DNA of 64,000 nucleotides from Octopus vulgaris (taxonomy: Eukaryota): assembly GCA_951406725.2 (NCBI GenBank), contig OX597836.1, forward strand, positions 24,924,001 through 24,988,000, in the 5' to 3' direction. How positions within the stretch are numbered: the stretch's first letter is position 1; every line of letters starts with the position of its first letter. Under the pieces are notes generated by a model, which was not told where the DNA came from, made no database searches, and worked only from the letters and a program-made list of their open reading frames with translations. Shown here in pieces: positions 37,857 through 51,079 of this stretch. The position numbers and the translations under genes are program-made.

Positions 37857-38443
37857 GAGGGATGCTGAGAAGTTCCTGGCTTCGGGTAAAAGAAAATACA
37901 AGAGGACCATCATCATCATCATCGTTTAACGTCCGTTTTCCGTGCTAGCATGGGTTGGACGGTTCGACCGGGGATCTGGGAAGCCAGAAGGCTGCACCAG
38001 GCTCCAGTCTTATCTGGCAATGTTTCTACAGCTGGATGCCCTTCTTAACGCCAACCACTCCGTGAGTGTAGTGGGTGCTTTTTACGTGCCACCTGCACAG
38101 GTGCCAGGCGAGGCTGGCAACGGCCACGGTCGGATTGGTGTATTTTATGTGCCACCGGCACGGAAGCCAGTCGAGGCGGCACTGGCATCGGCCACGAGTC
38201 GGATAGTGCTTTTTACGTACCACCAGACCAGGGATCCTGGCTGGTTCAATTCGATTTCGATTTCCCCAATATGTCTTCGCAAGCAAAGGGGGTTAATTAT
38301 TTAATTTATCACATTACCCTCTCAGATTCACACACTTATATTGCAGTGATCCTTCAGTTTTTCTAAGCCCTGTAAAAGAACTTGGAAAGCTGGGCCTCCA
38401 GCCAGGCCTTTCATGATACCCAGGAACTTTTCAGCACCTCCTC
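37857..38443. mobile_element. mariner-type MITE interrupted by SINE C (37908-38260, minus)
   Basis: TIR gagggatgctgagaagttcctgg / ccaggaacttttcagcacctc; the same MITE occurs at 57198, 57494 and 60132. Confidence 0.82.
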
Positions 38444-38659
38444 TTGTGTCAGTGTGTGTATAGGTTTTAGCTATCAATTTTTGTAGCAATCGATATTTGC
38501 TAGTTTTCAATCTTAGCCTATGTGTAAATGACTTGATGAAATGGTGTTCAATATATATATGGGGACATTGCAGTGTAGGGCCAGCAAAAACAAATCTGTA
38601 GAATAATGTTGGATACCTAAAATTTAGTAATAAAATCCTTTAAACTGGACTTCCTTGCA

Positions 38660-39335
38660 TGACTGGCTTCTGTGCCTGTGGCACGTAAAAAGCACCAACC
38701 GTTCATGGCCACTGCCAGACTCCCCTGGCACCTGTGCTGGTGGCACGTAAAAAGCACCCACTACACTACGGAGTGGTTGGCGTTAGGAAGGGCATCCAGC
38801 TGTAGAAACACTGCCAGATCAGACTGGAGCCTGGTGCAGCCTCCTGGCTTCCCAGACCCCGGTCAAACCGTCCAACCCGTGCTAGCACGGAAAACGGACG
38901 TTAAATGATGATGATGATGATATATATATATATATATATATATATATTACGTGTCACCGGTATGGGTATCTTAACTACAATTTCCAAAATAAGAATCGAA
39001 TGGAAATTGTAGTTAAGATACCCGTGCCGGTGACATGTAAAAAGCACCATCCGAATGTGGCAGATGCCAGCGCCGACTGACTAGTGTCCGTGTTGGTGAC
39101 ATGTAAAAGCACCAACCGATCGTGGCCGTTTGCCAGCCTACTCTGGCCCCTGTGTCGGTGGCACGTAAAAAGTACCTACTACACTCACGGAGTGGTTGGC
39201 GTTAGGAAGGGCATCCAGCTGTAGATGTACTGCCAGATCAGACTGGAGCCTGGTGCAGCCTCCTGGCTTCCCAGACCCTGGTTGAACCGTCCAACCCATG
39301 CTAGCATGGAAAACGGACATTAAACGATGATGATG

Positions 39336-39336
<1 letters not shown>
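38660..39336 (+). mobile_element. Two SINE family C copies (38660-38920, 38990-39336)
   Basis: Family motifs and (tga)n tails. Confidence 0.87.
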
Positions 39337-39377
<41 letters not shown>

Positions 39378-39381
<4 letters not shown>

Positions 39382-39595
39382 GAGTAAGTACATAAATGCG
39401 AAACAAGGTGGAAAAAATAATACTCGAATACCAGAGGTAGAGTAACATGTTTTATGGAAAAGCAGCAGAAATATCACAAAAACTATTACTCAGAGTTTCA
39501 CGTTCCTGTTCGTCTAAGCAAAACTGTTCGATGAACGAGAACATGAAACTCTGAATAACAGTTTTTGTGATATTTCTGGTGCTTTTCAATAGAGT
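39378..39595. mobile_element. Fold-back element with about 63-bp inverted arms, inserted in (TA)n
   Basis: Arms 39457-39520 and 39525-39587 are reverse complements with scattered mismatches. Confidence 0.75.
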
Positions 39596-39611
39596 ATATA
39601 TATATTTACAT

Positions 39612-39818
39612 ATGATACAGCACGAAGCTTTGTCAGTGAACAGGTCGCAGTCTCAAAGCGACGAAAATATTCTGACAAATTAAATTTAAATGTTGAAGTG
39701 AATCTAACGGTTTTGTGTGTTTCTTAAATGGCTTATAAACACCTTCCATGCTGCAATTGTTTTCATTCCAGCACACGATCTCAGATCAAGTCACTTGCTA
39801 TGCAAGTACATCTCCGTA
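39612..39818. mobile_element. Interspersed repeat fragment in (TA)n, probably a DNA-transposon end
   Basis: Complex 200-bp insert ending ctatgcaagtacatctccg|ta between TA tracts. Confidence 0.4.
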
Positions 39819-40314
39819 ATATATATATATATATATATATGTATTTCACCTAGTTGTAAGTAGGTAACTCTCTGATGGACTAGCATTCCATTCAGAGATA
39901 ATGTTGGCCTGCCTTCCTGTCTAGCCATTAGGGTGGCATCATTCAAAAGCTACAATGTTTTGAAGTGCATTGTGGCCAGCAGTGTTTAACAACGTCTGAT
40001 TCTCAGACTGATACAGTGACGTGCATGTCTTTGTGTGTACTCTTGTTTTTACATCTCAGGGTAGCTGTGAATGAGCGACACCATAAGACAAGTGTGAAAA
40101 ACATGATTGGCCATGGGTAAATATTACCTTGCTTGGAATCGGGTGAGCATTGGCGACAGGAAGGGCAAGCGGCCGTAGAAAATCCACCTCAATGAGTTCC
40201 TTCTAACCAATGCAAGCATAGAAAAGTAGACGTTAAGACGACAACGACGATGGCATTATACATGGATACATACATATGTGTGTGTATGTATATATATAAA
40301 ATGTTACACACACA

Positions 40315-40608
40315 AGCCTTGTGAATGGATTTAGTAGACGGAAACTGAAAGAAGCCCGTCTCATATATGTATATATATGTGTGTGTGTGTGTGTATGGTT
40401 GTGTGTCTGTGTTTGCCCCCCTAGCATTGCTTGACAACCGATGCTGGTGTGTTTACGTCCCCGTCACTTAGCTGTTCGGCAAAAGAGACCGATAGAATAA
40501 GTACTAGACTTACAATGAATAAGTCCTGGGGTCGATTTGCTCGACTAGAGGCGGTGCTCCAGCATGGCCGCAGTCAAATGCCTGAAACAAGTAAAGGAGT
40601 AAAAGAGT
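40315..40608 (+). mobile_element. SINE family A, 5'-truncated
   Basis: Matches the 3' three-quarters of 42983-43390. Confidence 0.87.
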
Positions 40609-40694
40609 AACACACACACACACACACACATGCATATGAGCAACAGTTTGTATGAACATGTGTGTATATTTATATATATATATATGCTCCACAT

Positions 40695-40736
<42 letters not shown>

Positions 40737-41030
40737 CAATCGCATAAATTTGTATGAGCATATGTTTAATGTTGGTGGTTAGGGTGGAGGAAGTGACGAC
40801 GGCGACTTTGAACCTTCTGTGTTAGCCTACATGTTGCTGAAAATATTGGTAATAAAAGATGCCAGTTGCAGCTAAAAGAGAACGGCGGGCTCCACACAAC
40901 GGTTTTGAGAACAGCAGCAGCAGCCCATGTAACCTAACCAACCCCACTCGCACACATACATGTTTGTAAATAGACACACACACACATACACACACTTATA
41001 GCCAGAAGAAATTGTGTTTGTGTGTGTGTG

Positions 41031-41066
<36 letters not shown>

Positions 41067-41195
41067 TTCAGCAAAAATTTAGATTCAAATGAATATGGTA
41101 CTTAATTTAGATGCACCAGAATTCTGTATGGTGTTATCCATAAAAATCCGTTGGGTCATTATAATCAAAATAAGCAACAAGAATGAATACAAGTG

Positions 41196-41227
<32 letters not shown>

Positions 41228-41799
41228 AACATGCGTAGAGAGAGAGAGCGAGGGAGGGAGCCTCTGCACCTATGCACTTTTTCACTGCAGTGTTGGGGTG
41301 GGTGCTTTTGTTGCTGTGTGGTAAGGGTCTGCTCAACATGAATCGGGATTCGGAAAACTACTATGAATGAAAAGATAGGGGATGTAGGAAATTCATTTAC
41401 AATTCACTCCTCCCCTTCACTCACTCACTCTCTCTCTCTCTTTCTCTCCGTCTATCCATCTATCAACCCTCTCACTCTCTATCTCCCTCTTTCCTACCTC
41501 ATTAACTCCAACTTCTCTCTTTTTATCGTTTCATAGCTCTTTAAATAGTTCTCCTTTCCTTCTCTTTCTCTAAATACTCCAATGGATTATTACATTGTTT
41601 ATTAAAACACACAGACACTACAAAACACTATTCCCTCCCTAACAAGTAGTTCTTTTTATTATTATTATTATTATTTTAATTTTTATTGTTAGTTCAGGAT
41701 GCCGTATGACTCTATTTTCAAGTCTTTCCTTTTTAGCATCACACAAACTCTCTCTTTATCTCTCTCTCTCTCTCTCTTCCACACACACATGCGTTTAAG

Positions 41800-42120
<321 letters not shown>

Positions 42121-42405
42121 GTAATACAAATAAGCTTGTCTGTGTGTATTAATGTATATATATATAATCAAAATACAAATATGTATATATGTGTCCATAC
42201 ACACACACATATACATGCATGTATAATGTGTGTGTGTGTGTGTGTGCATATACATAGCAAGCAACATGTTATATATTTGTATGTATATGTGGATGTATGT
42301 ATAACAGGCTGTTATGTCTGGTATGCTTCCTCATTCCATGTAAATTAATAAACTCCAAAATTTCTGAGGGTTTATTTATAATAAATCCCGAAAATTACTC
42401 TGGGA

Positions 42406-42452
<47 letters not shown>

Positions 42453-42982
42453 CACCACCACCACTACTACTACTACTACCACTACTACTATAAGCATTAT
42501 AGATAATTAGATCAGGATTGATTTAGGAAGGGAATTATCAACCTCAGGCAACAGGGTAGCCTCTACGTGGTCGCACTATCTGCTAGAAATAGCAGCCATG
42601 TCTCAAAACGACACGCTATCATCTTAAGGGAAGGGCCTACCTCTTAAATTCTTTATCACTGGAAAATATTTGGGTCAGTCATGCATGGAAGTACTAGTGG
42701 AGATCTAGAATAAAACTGACTCCCCCCCCAAAAAAAAAATAATGAGCTTGCCCGAATATTAGAAATTAATGTTATTTGATAGAATAAATAAGCCTGGTGC
42801 TTATTGTATGGTCTGGTACTTATGCTGAACTGCTAAGTTGTGGGGACATAAACAAACCAACGCCAGTTGTCTAGCAGTGGTTAGGGACAAACACACACAC
42901 AACAGCAGAAATGCATATTTGTTCTTTTCTGTCTTGCGAATTGCATAAGAATCTCACCAGTCTTGGTAAATGACAAAAAGCA

Positions 42983-43390
42983 GGCAGGAGTGGCTGTGTG
43001 GTAAGTAGCTTGTCTACCAACCACATGGTTCCGGGTTCAGTCCCACTGCGTGGCACCTTGGGTAAGTGTCTTCTACTATAGCCTCGGGCCGACCAAAGCC
43101 TTGTGAGTGGATTTGGTAGACGGAAACTGAAAGAAGCCCGTCCTATATATGTATATATATATATATGTATATATATGCGTGTGTGTGTCTGTGTTTGTCC
43201 CCTAGCATTGCTTGACAACCGATGCTGGTGTGTTTATGTCCCCCGTCACTTAGCGGTTCGGCAAAAGAGACCGATAGAATAAGTACTGGGCTTACAAAAG
43301 AAAAAGTCCCGGGGTCGAGTTGCTCGATTAAAGGCGGTGCTCCAGCATGGCCGCAGTCAAATGACTGAAACGAGTAAAGAGTAAGAGAGT
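42983..43390 (+). mobile_element. tRNA-derived SINE family A, full length
   Basis: A-box tggctgtgtgg, B-box gggttcagtccc, caccttgggtaagtgtc central motif, internal (TA/GT) tract, gagtaa tail. Confidence 0.92.
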
Positions 43391-43567
43391 CCACTCTGTA
43401 AAATGGTTGGTATTAGGAAGGGCATCTAGCCGTAGAACCCACACCAAAGTGACATTGGAACTCAGTGCAGCTCTGCATCATGCTGGTTCCCTGTCGAACC
43501 ATCCTCCCCATGCTAGTATGTAAAGTGAATGTAAGACGATAATGTTGATGAGCTTCTTTCAGTTTCT

Positions 43568-44160
43568 TATTTCTTTATTGCCCTCAAGGGACTAAACATA
43601 GAGGAGACAAACTTGGACAGACAAAGGGATTAAGTCAATTGCATCAACCCCAGTGCGTAACTAGTACTTAATTTATCGACCCTGAAAGGATGAAAGGCAA
43701 AGTCGACCTCGGCAGAATTTGAACTCAGAACGTAACGGCAGACGAAATGCCTATTTCTTTACTACCCACAAGGGGCTAAACATAGAGGAGACAAACTTGG
43801 ACAGACAAAGGGATTAAGTCAATTACATCAACCCCAGTGCGTAACTAGTACTTAATTTATCGACCCTGAAAGGATGAAAGGCAAAGTCGACCTCGGCAGA
43901 ATTTGAACTCAGAACGTAACGGCAGACGAAATGCCTATTTCTTTACTACCCACAAGGGGCTAAACATAGAGGAGACAAACTTGGACAGACAAAGGGATTA
44001 AGTCAATTACATCAACCCCAGTGCGTAACTAGTACTTAATTTATCGACCCCGAAAGGATGAAAGGCAAAGTCGACCTCGGCAGAATTTGAACTCAGAACG
44101 TAGCGGTGGATGAAATACCGCTAAGCATTTCGCCCAGTCTGCTAACGTTTCTGCCAGCTT
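43568..44160 (-). mobile_element. SINE family B head-to-tail trimer (184-bp period)
   Basis: Units start at 43568, 43752 and 43936; only the last retains the tRNA-like head. Confidence 0.9.
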
Positions 44161-44531
44161 CCCAAGACGTCGTGCAGTGTAACTGAACCCAGAATGGTGT
44201 GGTTGGGAAGCTTCTTACCACACAGCCACACCTAAAATGTAAAAGACCTGAATGTAGTTTGAACTCTCAAAGAAGTGGAATCAGCCACCTAAATTTAAAT
44301 GTACGAGTTCCTTACATAGCCAATGCGTTGAAATGAAAAACATCAATTATTAGAAATATCCATGCAGTTGGTAGGTGAAAACTCCCTACAAAAGCATCTA
44401 AAATTTAAAAAAACAGGAGAGGTAACTCCAATAAAAACAGTTGAAATTTTTGGAAAATATAATAAATGTAGCGTAGAAATGGATCTAATGTCCTCAGAGG
44501 GAGATTTTGTTTACTAATCACATGAGTTAAC

Positions 44532-44755
44532 CTTTTTGTTTCTGCATTTTGGTTGAAATACACAGCTTTTGTTTCAGTTAATTTTAAAAATAATGAAGAA
44601 ATTACTTCATTAATTTCACTATTAATTGAAATATAAGCAGAATGTCTAATTTGATTTTGTCATTATGAAATTAGCATGGAATTTTGATGAAGGTTTTAAT
44701 TTAGATTGCTTTAAAATAGGAAGTGTGTTTCATATGAGGAGTGGGGCCAAAATGG
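44532..44755. mobile_element. Degenerate TTAA-flanked MITE
   Basis: ttaa|cctttttg ... caaaatgg|ttaa. Confidence 0.5.
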
Positions 44756-44969
44756 TTAATAGAAGCTTTCTAAAAACTGTTATACTATTTTATATTGTGA
44801 TGTATTCATTAGTGCCCTCATCTCTGTATACACCTGTGGATATATGTAGATATTTATATGTATGACTAGATGTCTGTATATGAATATACATATGTATATG
44901 AATTATATGTTTATATTGTATATACTTATATGTGTATATGTATATACTCTTGTGTATGTTTATATATTA

Positions 44970-45858
44970 CAGGGTGTGATGGGTAAATTGATGCCATTTT
45001 ATATTTGAAATTTCGTACATGTGCATTGTTTGTTTTTGATTTTGTCAACTACACAATATAGTAGGGTCAGTTGGGCACCGTCTGTGAGAAAAACAGCATC
45101 ATGATGCAATTCACTCTGCCAGAAATTTGGAAATGACAAGCTGTACTGCTTGGTATTCATGCTGGAAGCTCCAATACGAACATTTTAGAATGATTGGGTG
45201 TCAATCTTAGGACAGTGCAATCTGAGGACATGTACCGAGAGTGATTAAAATCAAACATCCAGTCAACATCATGGTGTTTGGGGTGATCATTAGTGATGTT
45301 GATGTTATGCTTCCATTCATCTTCCCACACAGCTTCAGACTTAACACGGAGGCCTACATCAAGTGCCTGGAATAGGTAGTGCTGCCCTGGGTTAAGAGGG
45401 TGGCTGTTGGAAGACCCTATGTCTGGCAACAGGACTCTGCACCATGCCACACAAGCAGGAGAACCCAGTCATGGCTGTCAGACAATTTCTGCGACCACAT
45501 CACCCCTAACATCTAGCTACCTAACTCCCTAGACTGCAACCCCACTGATTGTTATGTGTGGGGCGCAGTTGAGCGAGATACCATCAAAACTCCTTGTAAC
45601 ACCAAAGATGAACTGAAGGCAAGGATTATGGCAGCATTCACCAACTTAAGCAAGGAGATCGCCCAGAAGATTTGCAGACGATTCCAAAGTCGTCTGAAGA
45701 CCGTGGTTGAAGCCAATGGAGATTTTATTGAATAAATTTACTCTTTAGTATTTTAAGATATATTTATGTAATTTTGGTAAATATATCAGTTAAAATAAGA
45801 TGTCAGTGTTATTTTCATTTTTGCGTAATTTACACGATAGGTTATTCATTGCACCCTG
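44970..45858 (+). mobile_element. DD37D (maT-like) Tc1/mariner element, internally deleted
   Basis: TA|cagggtg ... caccctg|TA ends; WQQDSAPCH followed 37 residues later by NPxD; in-frame stops. Confidence 0.9.
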
Positions 45859-45951
45859 TATATGCATGTGTGGATGTTTGTGTATATGCACGTTTATGTA
45901 TGTGTACATACATGTATATACATATATATGTGTGTGTGTACACATACTTAC

Positions 45952-46090
45952 TCATCATCATCATCATCATCATCATTGTTCGACCGTGGTCGAGACAATG
46001 GAATTTACCATGCTACGCCAGACTTCACGGTCCATCATGGCATTACGGAGGTCTTGTTACTGGATGCCTGTATCCCTGGAGATTACATGA
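45952..46090 (-). mobile_element. RTE LINE extreme 3' end with (TGA)n tail
   Basis: ISRDTGIQ*QDLRNAMMDREVWRSMVNSIVSTTVEQ* (DR..WR motif) running into (tga)n. Confidence 0.75.
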
Positions 46091-46522
46091 TAATGATTTC
46101 TTTATTTGCCACAAGAATACCAGATTGTATGACATTACATGACAAATGATCAAAAACAGTGGGTTTTATGCCAAATTGATTTTGGAAAATGAAACCTTGC
46201 TATGAATAATGTACAAGAAGTCAGGAAGGGGTCTTCAGAATGGGAGCCAGATGAAATACTCCCAGATCTAACATCACCTTGCCTATGAAGGGCACAGGTC
46301 CTGTTGGCTGTATTTACTAGCCTGTAGCTGTTTGTTGAGAGTAAGTCCATTCTTTTGGGTCATTTTTGCTACTTGTACTCAGCTTTCATTAAATTCACTA
46401 GAGGGCAGCGCACATCCTTTTCCATCCTTGCAGTTCTCTTCAGTTGTAACTTGAAGTCATTGTTGAGGGCATGGTTGAAGATGAGTGTTTGTCTTGAGTC
46501 ATTCCAATCTTGTCTCCTACAT

Positions 46523-46775
46523 CAGGGGTCCCCAACGACCACACCACAGACCAGTGCTGAACTGTGGATCATTTGGTATCAGGCTACACAGAAAGAATAA
46601 ATTTTCAAATTTCACTGTCACAGTTTGCTGAAGGTTTTTGCATTGTATATGTATTATACATGTAATAATTAAATTAAATATTATGCACTTTATTGTGTCT
46701 TGTTATCCCCTGATCTGTGGAGAAACTATCTTACATGAAGCTGGCCCATGGTGCAAAAAAGGTTCGGGACTGCTG
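46523..46775. mobile_element. hAT/Charlie-like MITE
   Basis: caggggtccccaac ... gttcgggactgctg imperfect TIR of MER1-like type. Confidence 0.65.
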
Positions 46776-47325
46776 CCTTACACAATCTCCTTTACCATTG
46801 TCACCAGATGGGATCAAACTGCCTGCCCTTCACTGCTAAAGGGGCAAAGCAATTCCCATGATGGAGCCATGTGATAGCCAAATCTTTTCCAATTTACAAC
46901 ATCTGATAGCTCCACAAATCAGCATCACCTTGATACCTATCTACTCACTCCCCGTTTTATCTTCCATGTTTAATTAAGCTTAATTAAAATATCATGTTTA
47001 TTTTCCTTCCTCTTTATTAATCCCAATTACTCAGATAAGAATAATTACCACCACTAATAGTGTCATCTTTGTTAATTATAACATTCACTGCATCAAGTAT
47101 GCCAGGAGCAACTTTACTGTGAAGTTTTCATACAGGAAGTGTCCCTGGGCGTTTTCTACCAGACCCTCTACCATTTAACAGTGGATTGCTTTCATGACAT
47201 TTAATTGATGACGGATAAAATATTGGCGAAAGTAAAGAACATGTACACCACCCGTTTTCGAGGGTTAGGGGTTACCTCGAAAACGAGTGCGTATTCTTTA
47301 GCTCCGCCTAAAATCTTATACTCAC

Positions 47326-47360
47326 CTATGTTGGCTAATGCTGCCAGATGATCCGGGCAT
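47326..47360 (-). CDS. Candidate 35-nt exon of an unknown minus-strand gene
   Basis: ttgtattttatttcag|ATGCCCGGA...CAACATAG|gtgagt, both sites consensus-grade; MPGSSGSISQH(R) is phase-compatible with exon 18603-18694. Confidence 0.6.
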
Positions 47361-47642
47361 CTGAAATAAAATACAATTAAAAAAGTGCAGCCGCATGTTT
47401 TCCGTAGATTTGAACTCAATACCTTGACCTATATCCTGAAAGTCCAATATCGTACTGACTCAGCTGTTTTGCGCCTTTTGTCTCACTCACTTTCTGTCTC
47501 TCTCATGAGTGTATATAATGTCGATATAGTCTACACGTGTGCTTAAGTCATCTCATCCTTATTCCACTCAGTTCTTTTCGAGTCACTTGGTACTTCTTCC
47601 TCTTGAACTCCAATAATTGGTTGAGGTTTTTTTTTTTTTTTT

Positions 47643-47691
47643 GGATCTTTTTATTTTGAAGGAAAATCTGGCCTTCAAAATGAAAAGATCC
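47643..47691. repeat. 49-bp palindrome / minimal MITE
   Basis: ggatctttttattttgaagg-9nt-ccttcaaaatgaaaagatcc (19/20 match). Confidence 0.8.
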
Positions 47692-48070
47692 GAGACATTT
47701 TTTTAAATGTGAACCTCTTAGCAGAAATTGCCGCGTGAATTGTTCTTGGCAGACGGGGATGCGAACCGCTGATCCTTCATCTTCGACCTGCAGTCCAACA
47801 TCATTTCGACTGTAATATCCACAACAATCGTTTCTTGTGTGGGATTAAGCAATAGTATGCGAGCCAGGGATGGCAAAGTGGCAGAAACGGGTGAGTGTCG
47901 GACGAAATGACTTCACATCATTTAACTGTTCTCTTCGTTTTGAGTTCGAATTTCACCCGAGTCGATAAAACAGTTATCAATCAAGTACATAAATCGATTT
48001 AATCGGCGATATCGTTTCTTCCCCAAACGTGTATCCTTACGCCAACGTTAGACATCATCATTATATATTA

Positions 48071-48366
48071 CTAGAAGTATCGCCCGGCGTTGCTCGGGTT
48101 TGTAAGGGAAATAACTATATAAGCATTTTTAGAGAGTTATAACCAAAAAATAGCAAAAAAATGCATAAAAAATGGGAAAAATTTATGGTAATTTTTTTTT
48201 TAAATCGTAGACTCATCGTGGACGCGCGCTAATACCCAGAAGGGCTCGATATGAATCACGACTATAAGATACCCGGTTTTGGTTAAACTGCACCGCAAAA
48301 TGTGGGAGTAGTTAGGAATCTAAATCGTAGGAGACAGACACACAACTTCTCTTTTATATATAAAGA
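48071..48366 (-). mobile_element. Non-autonomous Helitron
   Basis: Minus strand A|TCtttatatata ... hairpin cccgagcaacgccggg ... CTAG|T; canonical termini and A|T insertion site, no TSD. Confidence 0.85.
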
Positions 48367-49211
48367 TTACTAGAGTTCAAATTCCGCCAGAGTCCAATTT
48401 CGTCTTTTATCCCTCTGGAGATCGATAAATTACAGTTCCAGTCAAGTACATGAGGTTGATGAGATCAACTGGCTCCCCAACTCCTTCAAAATTACTGGCC
48501 CTGTGTCAAAATTAGGAATAATAATAATAATAATAATGATAATTATTATTATTATTATTATTATTAGTGTTCAAATTTCTACCTTTCAGGATCGATAAAA
48601 TAAAGTACCAGTCTGGATCGATTTAAGTGCCTAACTCCTTCTTCCCCTCAATTTTCGGGTCTTGTGTCCATATTAAAAACATATTGCTTTTGTGGAGCAA
48701 ATAATTGTGGGATTTCATTGTTTTTACGTTCTTAGCTCAAATCCTGCTTGGGTCGACTTTGTCTTTCATTGTTCTGTGGTCGACAAAATAAATATTATTT
48801 CAATTCCGGCTAGTTACAGTCGTCTTTACTCACATCCAAACTTCGAGGTTGTAAGAAATTACAATAGAAACGGTTAGTTACAATGTAAGAAAACTTTATT
48901 ATTGTATGTGTGTATGTGTATGTGAGAAAGAGAGAGAGAGTGTGTGTGTGTGTTCAGTTGATGTCGGTGAATTTGAAAACCTTAATTCTAAAAATACTGA
49001 CTTAGCCCTCACCACATATTTTAGCTGTAAGGTTTCCTTCTGTCTGTACTTTGAAAAAATTTAACCCAATTGCAGCCTGTCACACTAACACCATTTTCAG
49101 CGTGTGTCATTGATACATAAATGGTATGTCAGAGCTGGACAGCTTACACACACGCAGACTTCGACTGGCTCATCTTGGATTACACACATACATTATTACT
49201 GAAACCTGTTG

Positions 49212-49257
<46 letters not shown>

Positions 49258-51079
49258 CACATACACTGGCTGCCTCTTGGATTATATTAATGAAATCTGT
49301 CACACACTCACACATACTTTCTCTCTCTCACACACATTTACACACACACGCACGCACTTGTATTTGCCAGCGGATATCTTCATAAGTGGACGAAATCCGG
49401 TGCAGTTTTGAAGATTGGAGTGTAATGGGATTTATAAATTATCATATAATAATAATAATAATGATGATTAATAATAAACAATAAAAAAGGTCAAACACAA
49501 AACAGACTACAGTTTATGAACATAAATTAGTTCATCTTAACTAACTAATAACAGTGGACCAAATACTGCACTAAATTTAGCCATGTTTCCCCCCATTATT
49601 CTAAATAGCATTTAGGTTAACTCGGAAATAATTTATGAGGTCGCACGATCTGCTAGAAAAAACAGCTAATTTTGAACTTGCTCCTTGTAAAGATAACATT
49701 GAGTGAATCTACGAATCTCGAGCTGCTAGAAATCACTACTAAATCTCCCTCGAATCAGGACGTACTGTCTTAAATAACACGGTACAGGCCAATATATCTA
49801 AATAGATGGGATAACCACGGTTGGTTTAACTTTGATCCATCAAAGTTGGCTTAGGGTTAAAGAACAACAACAGCAACATGAACATCACAAACGAAGGCAA
49901 TTTATCCCCAAATGTATGTGTGTGTTTGGGTTATTGTTCATGTTCTTAGCGGTTCGGCAAAAAAGGAGCCCGATAAAATAAGTACTAGGCTTACAAAGAA
50001 TAAGTCCTGGGGTCGATTTGATCGACTAAAGGCGGCGCTCCAGCATGGCCACAGTCACATGGCTGAAACAAGTAAAAGAGAGTTCAGTATTAGGTCCCTG
50101 TTCCAGCAGATTTAGGTGTCAGGCATAACCCTTGTATCGTTTTGTATCTTCCATTGTTTTTTTTTTTTTACTTTATTTAAGATGACATCGTGTTATTTCG
50201 CTGCTATTTTTGTCCAGTCGACTGGCCAATTCTATCTTTCTCTGCCACAAAGGCCTGGCTTCGTCGTGTAAATATTGATGTATAATCGATTTTAAGTGAA
50301 GTCTGTGTTTCCGATGATTTATTTTAATTGAATTCCTGTTGATATTTGGACCTCAGAGAAATCAACCGTTCGTTACGATCCAACGACGTATCCCAGCCCC
50401 TCATCGCCAAATTTTATTGGAATAATAACCTTTTCCCCCTCTATTAATGAGAATCCAAAAATCAGGGTTTGGTTCCATGAAACCCTTCTTTCTTCGCCTT
50501 GGTGTTGGATGAATTAAAAAGGTTTAAAATCATTTAAATTTGTCCCCACGCCCCACCGTTTCAATCTTTGTCTCTCCCACCTCTCGCCCATGCTAGACTT
50601 GCTAGAAATAGTAACTAAATCTCTTGGAAATAACACCCATTTTGTAGTGAGAGTACAGGGAATTCTGTTTTGGTTTTGAAACCCTGAAACCCAATAAACA
50701 TTTTAGGATTCAAAAATTTCGCAGAAGGGCGACAAAGGGACAAACGGAAAATTCACTCACAAGACAGGGACATGCTCCTTCTTCATCAGTTATCGTTCAA
50801 TAATCATAATTTTGAGCCTTTAACGATAACACACACACACGACTGATTTTTGTACACTTTCTGCCTTCTAGATTCCATAAAGTATTGTTTGACTTCCTCT
50901 ACCCCCATTGGATAATGTAGTCTTAAATATTCCATTCCTGAGAAGAAAAAAGTATGCGATGGTCACTCTGGAAAGCCTTTGATCATAGTTAAGCAACAAA
51001 ACGGGTAAGGGTGATTAGGTGATGGTTTAGGGCTTAGGGGCGGGAGACCCCAGACCTTGGGGAAAAAAAACAAAAAAAC

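Noticed and set aside
42983-43055. tRNA-like sequences (also at 55249, 60803, 23325)
   Set aside because: They are A/B-box heads of SINEs with no complete cloverleaf.
46262-46272. miR-750-like ccagatctaac; also let-7-like tgaggtagt near 32967 and miR-184-like ctgataaggg near 32895
   Set aside because: Only 9-11 nt match and no precursor hairpin is evident.
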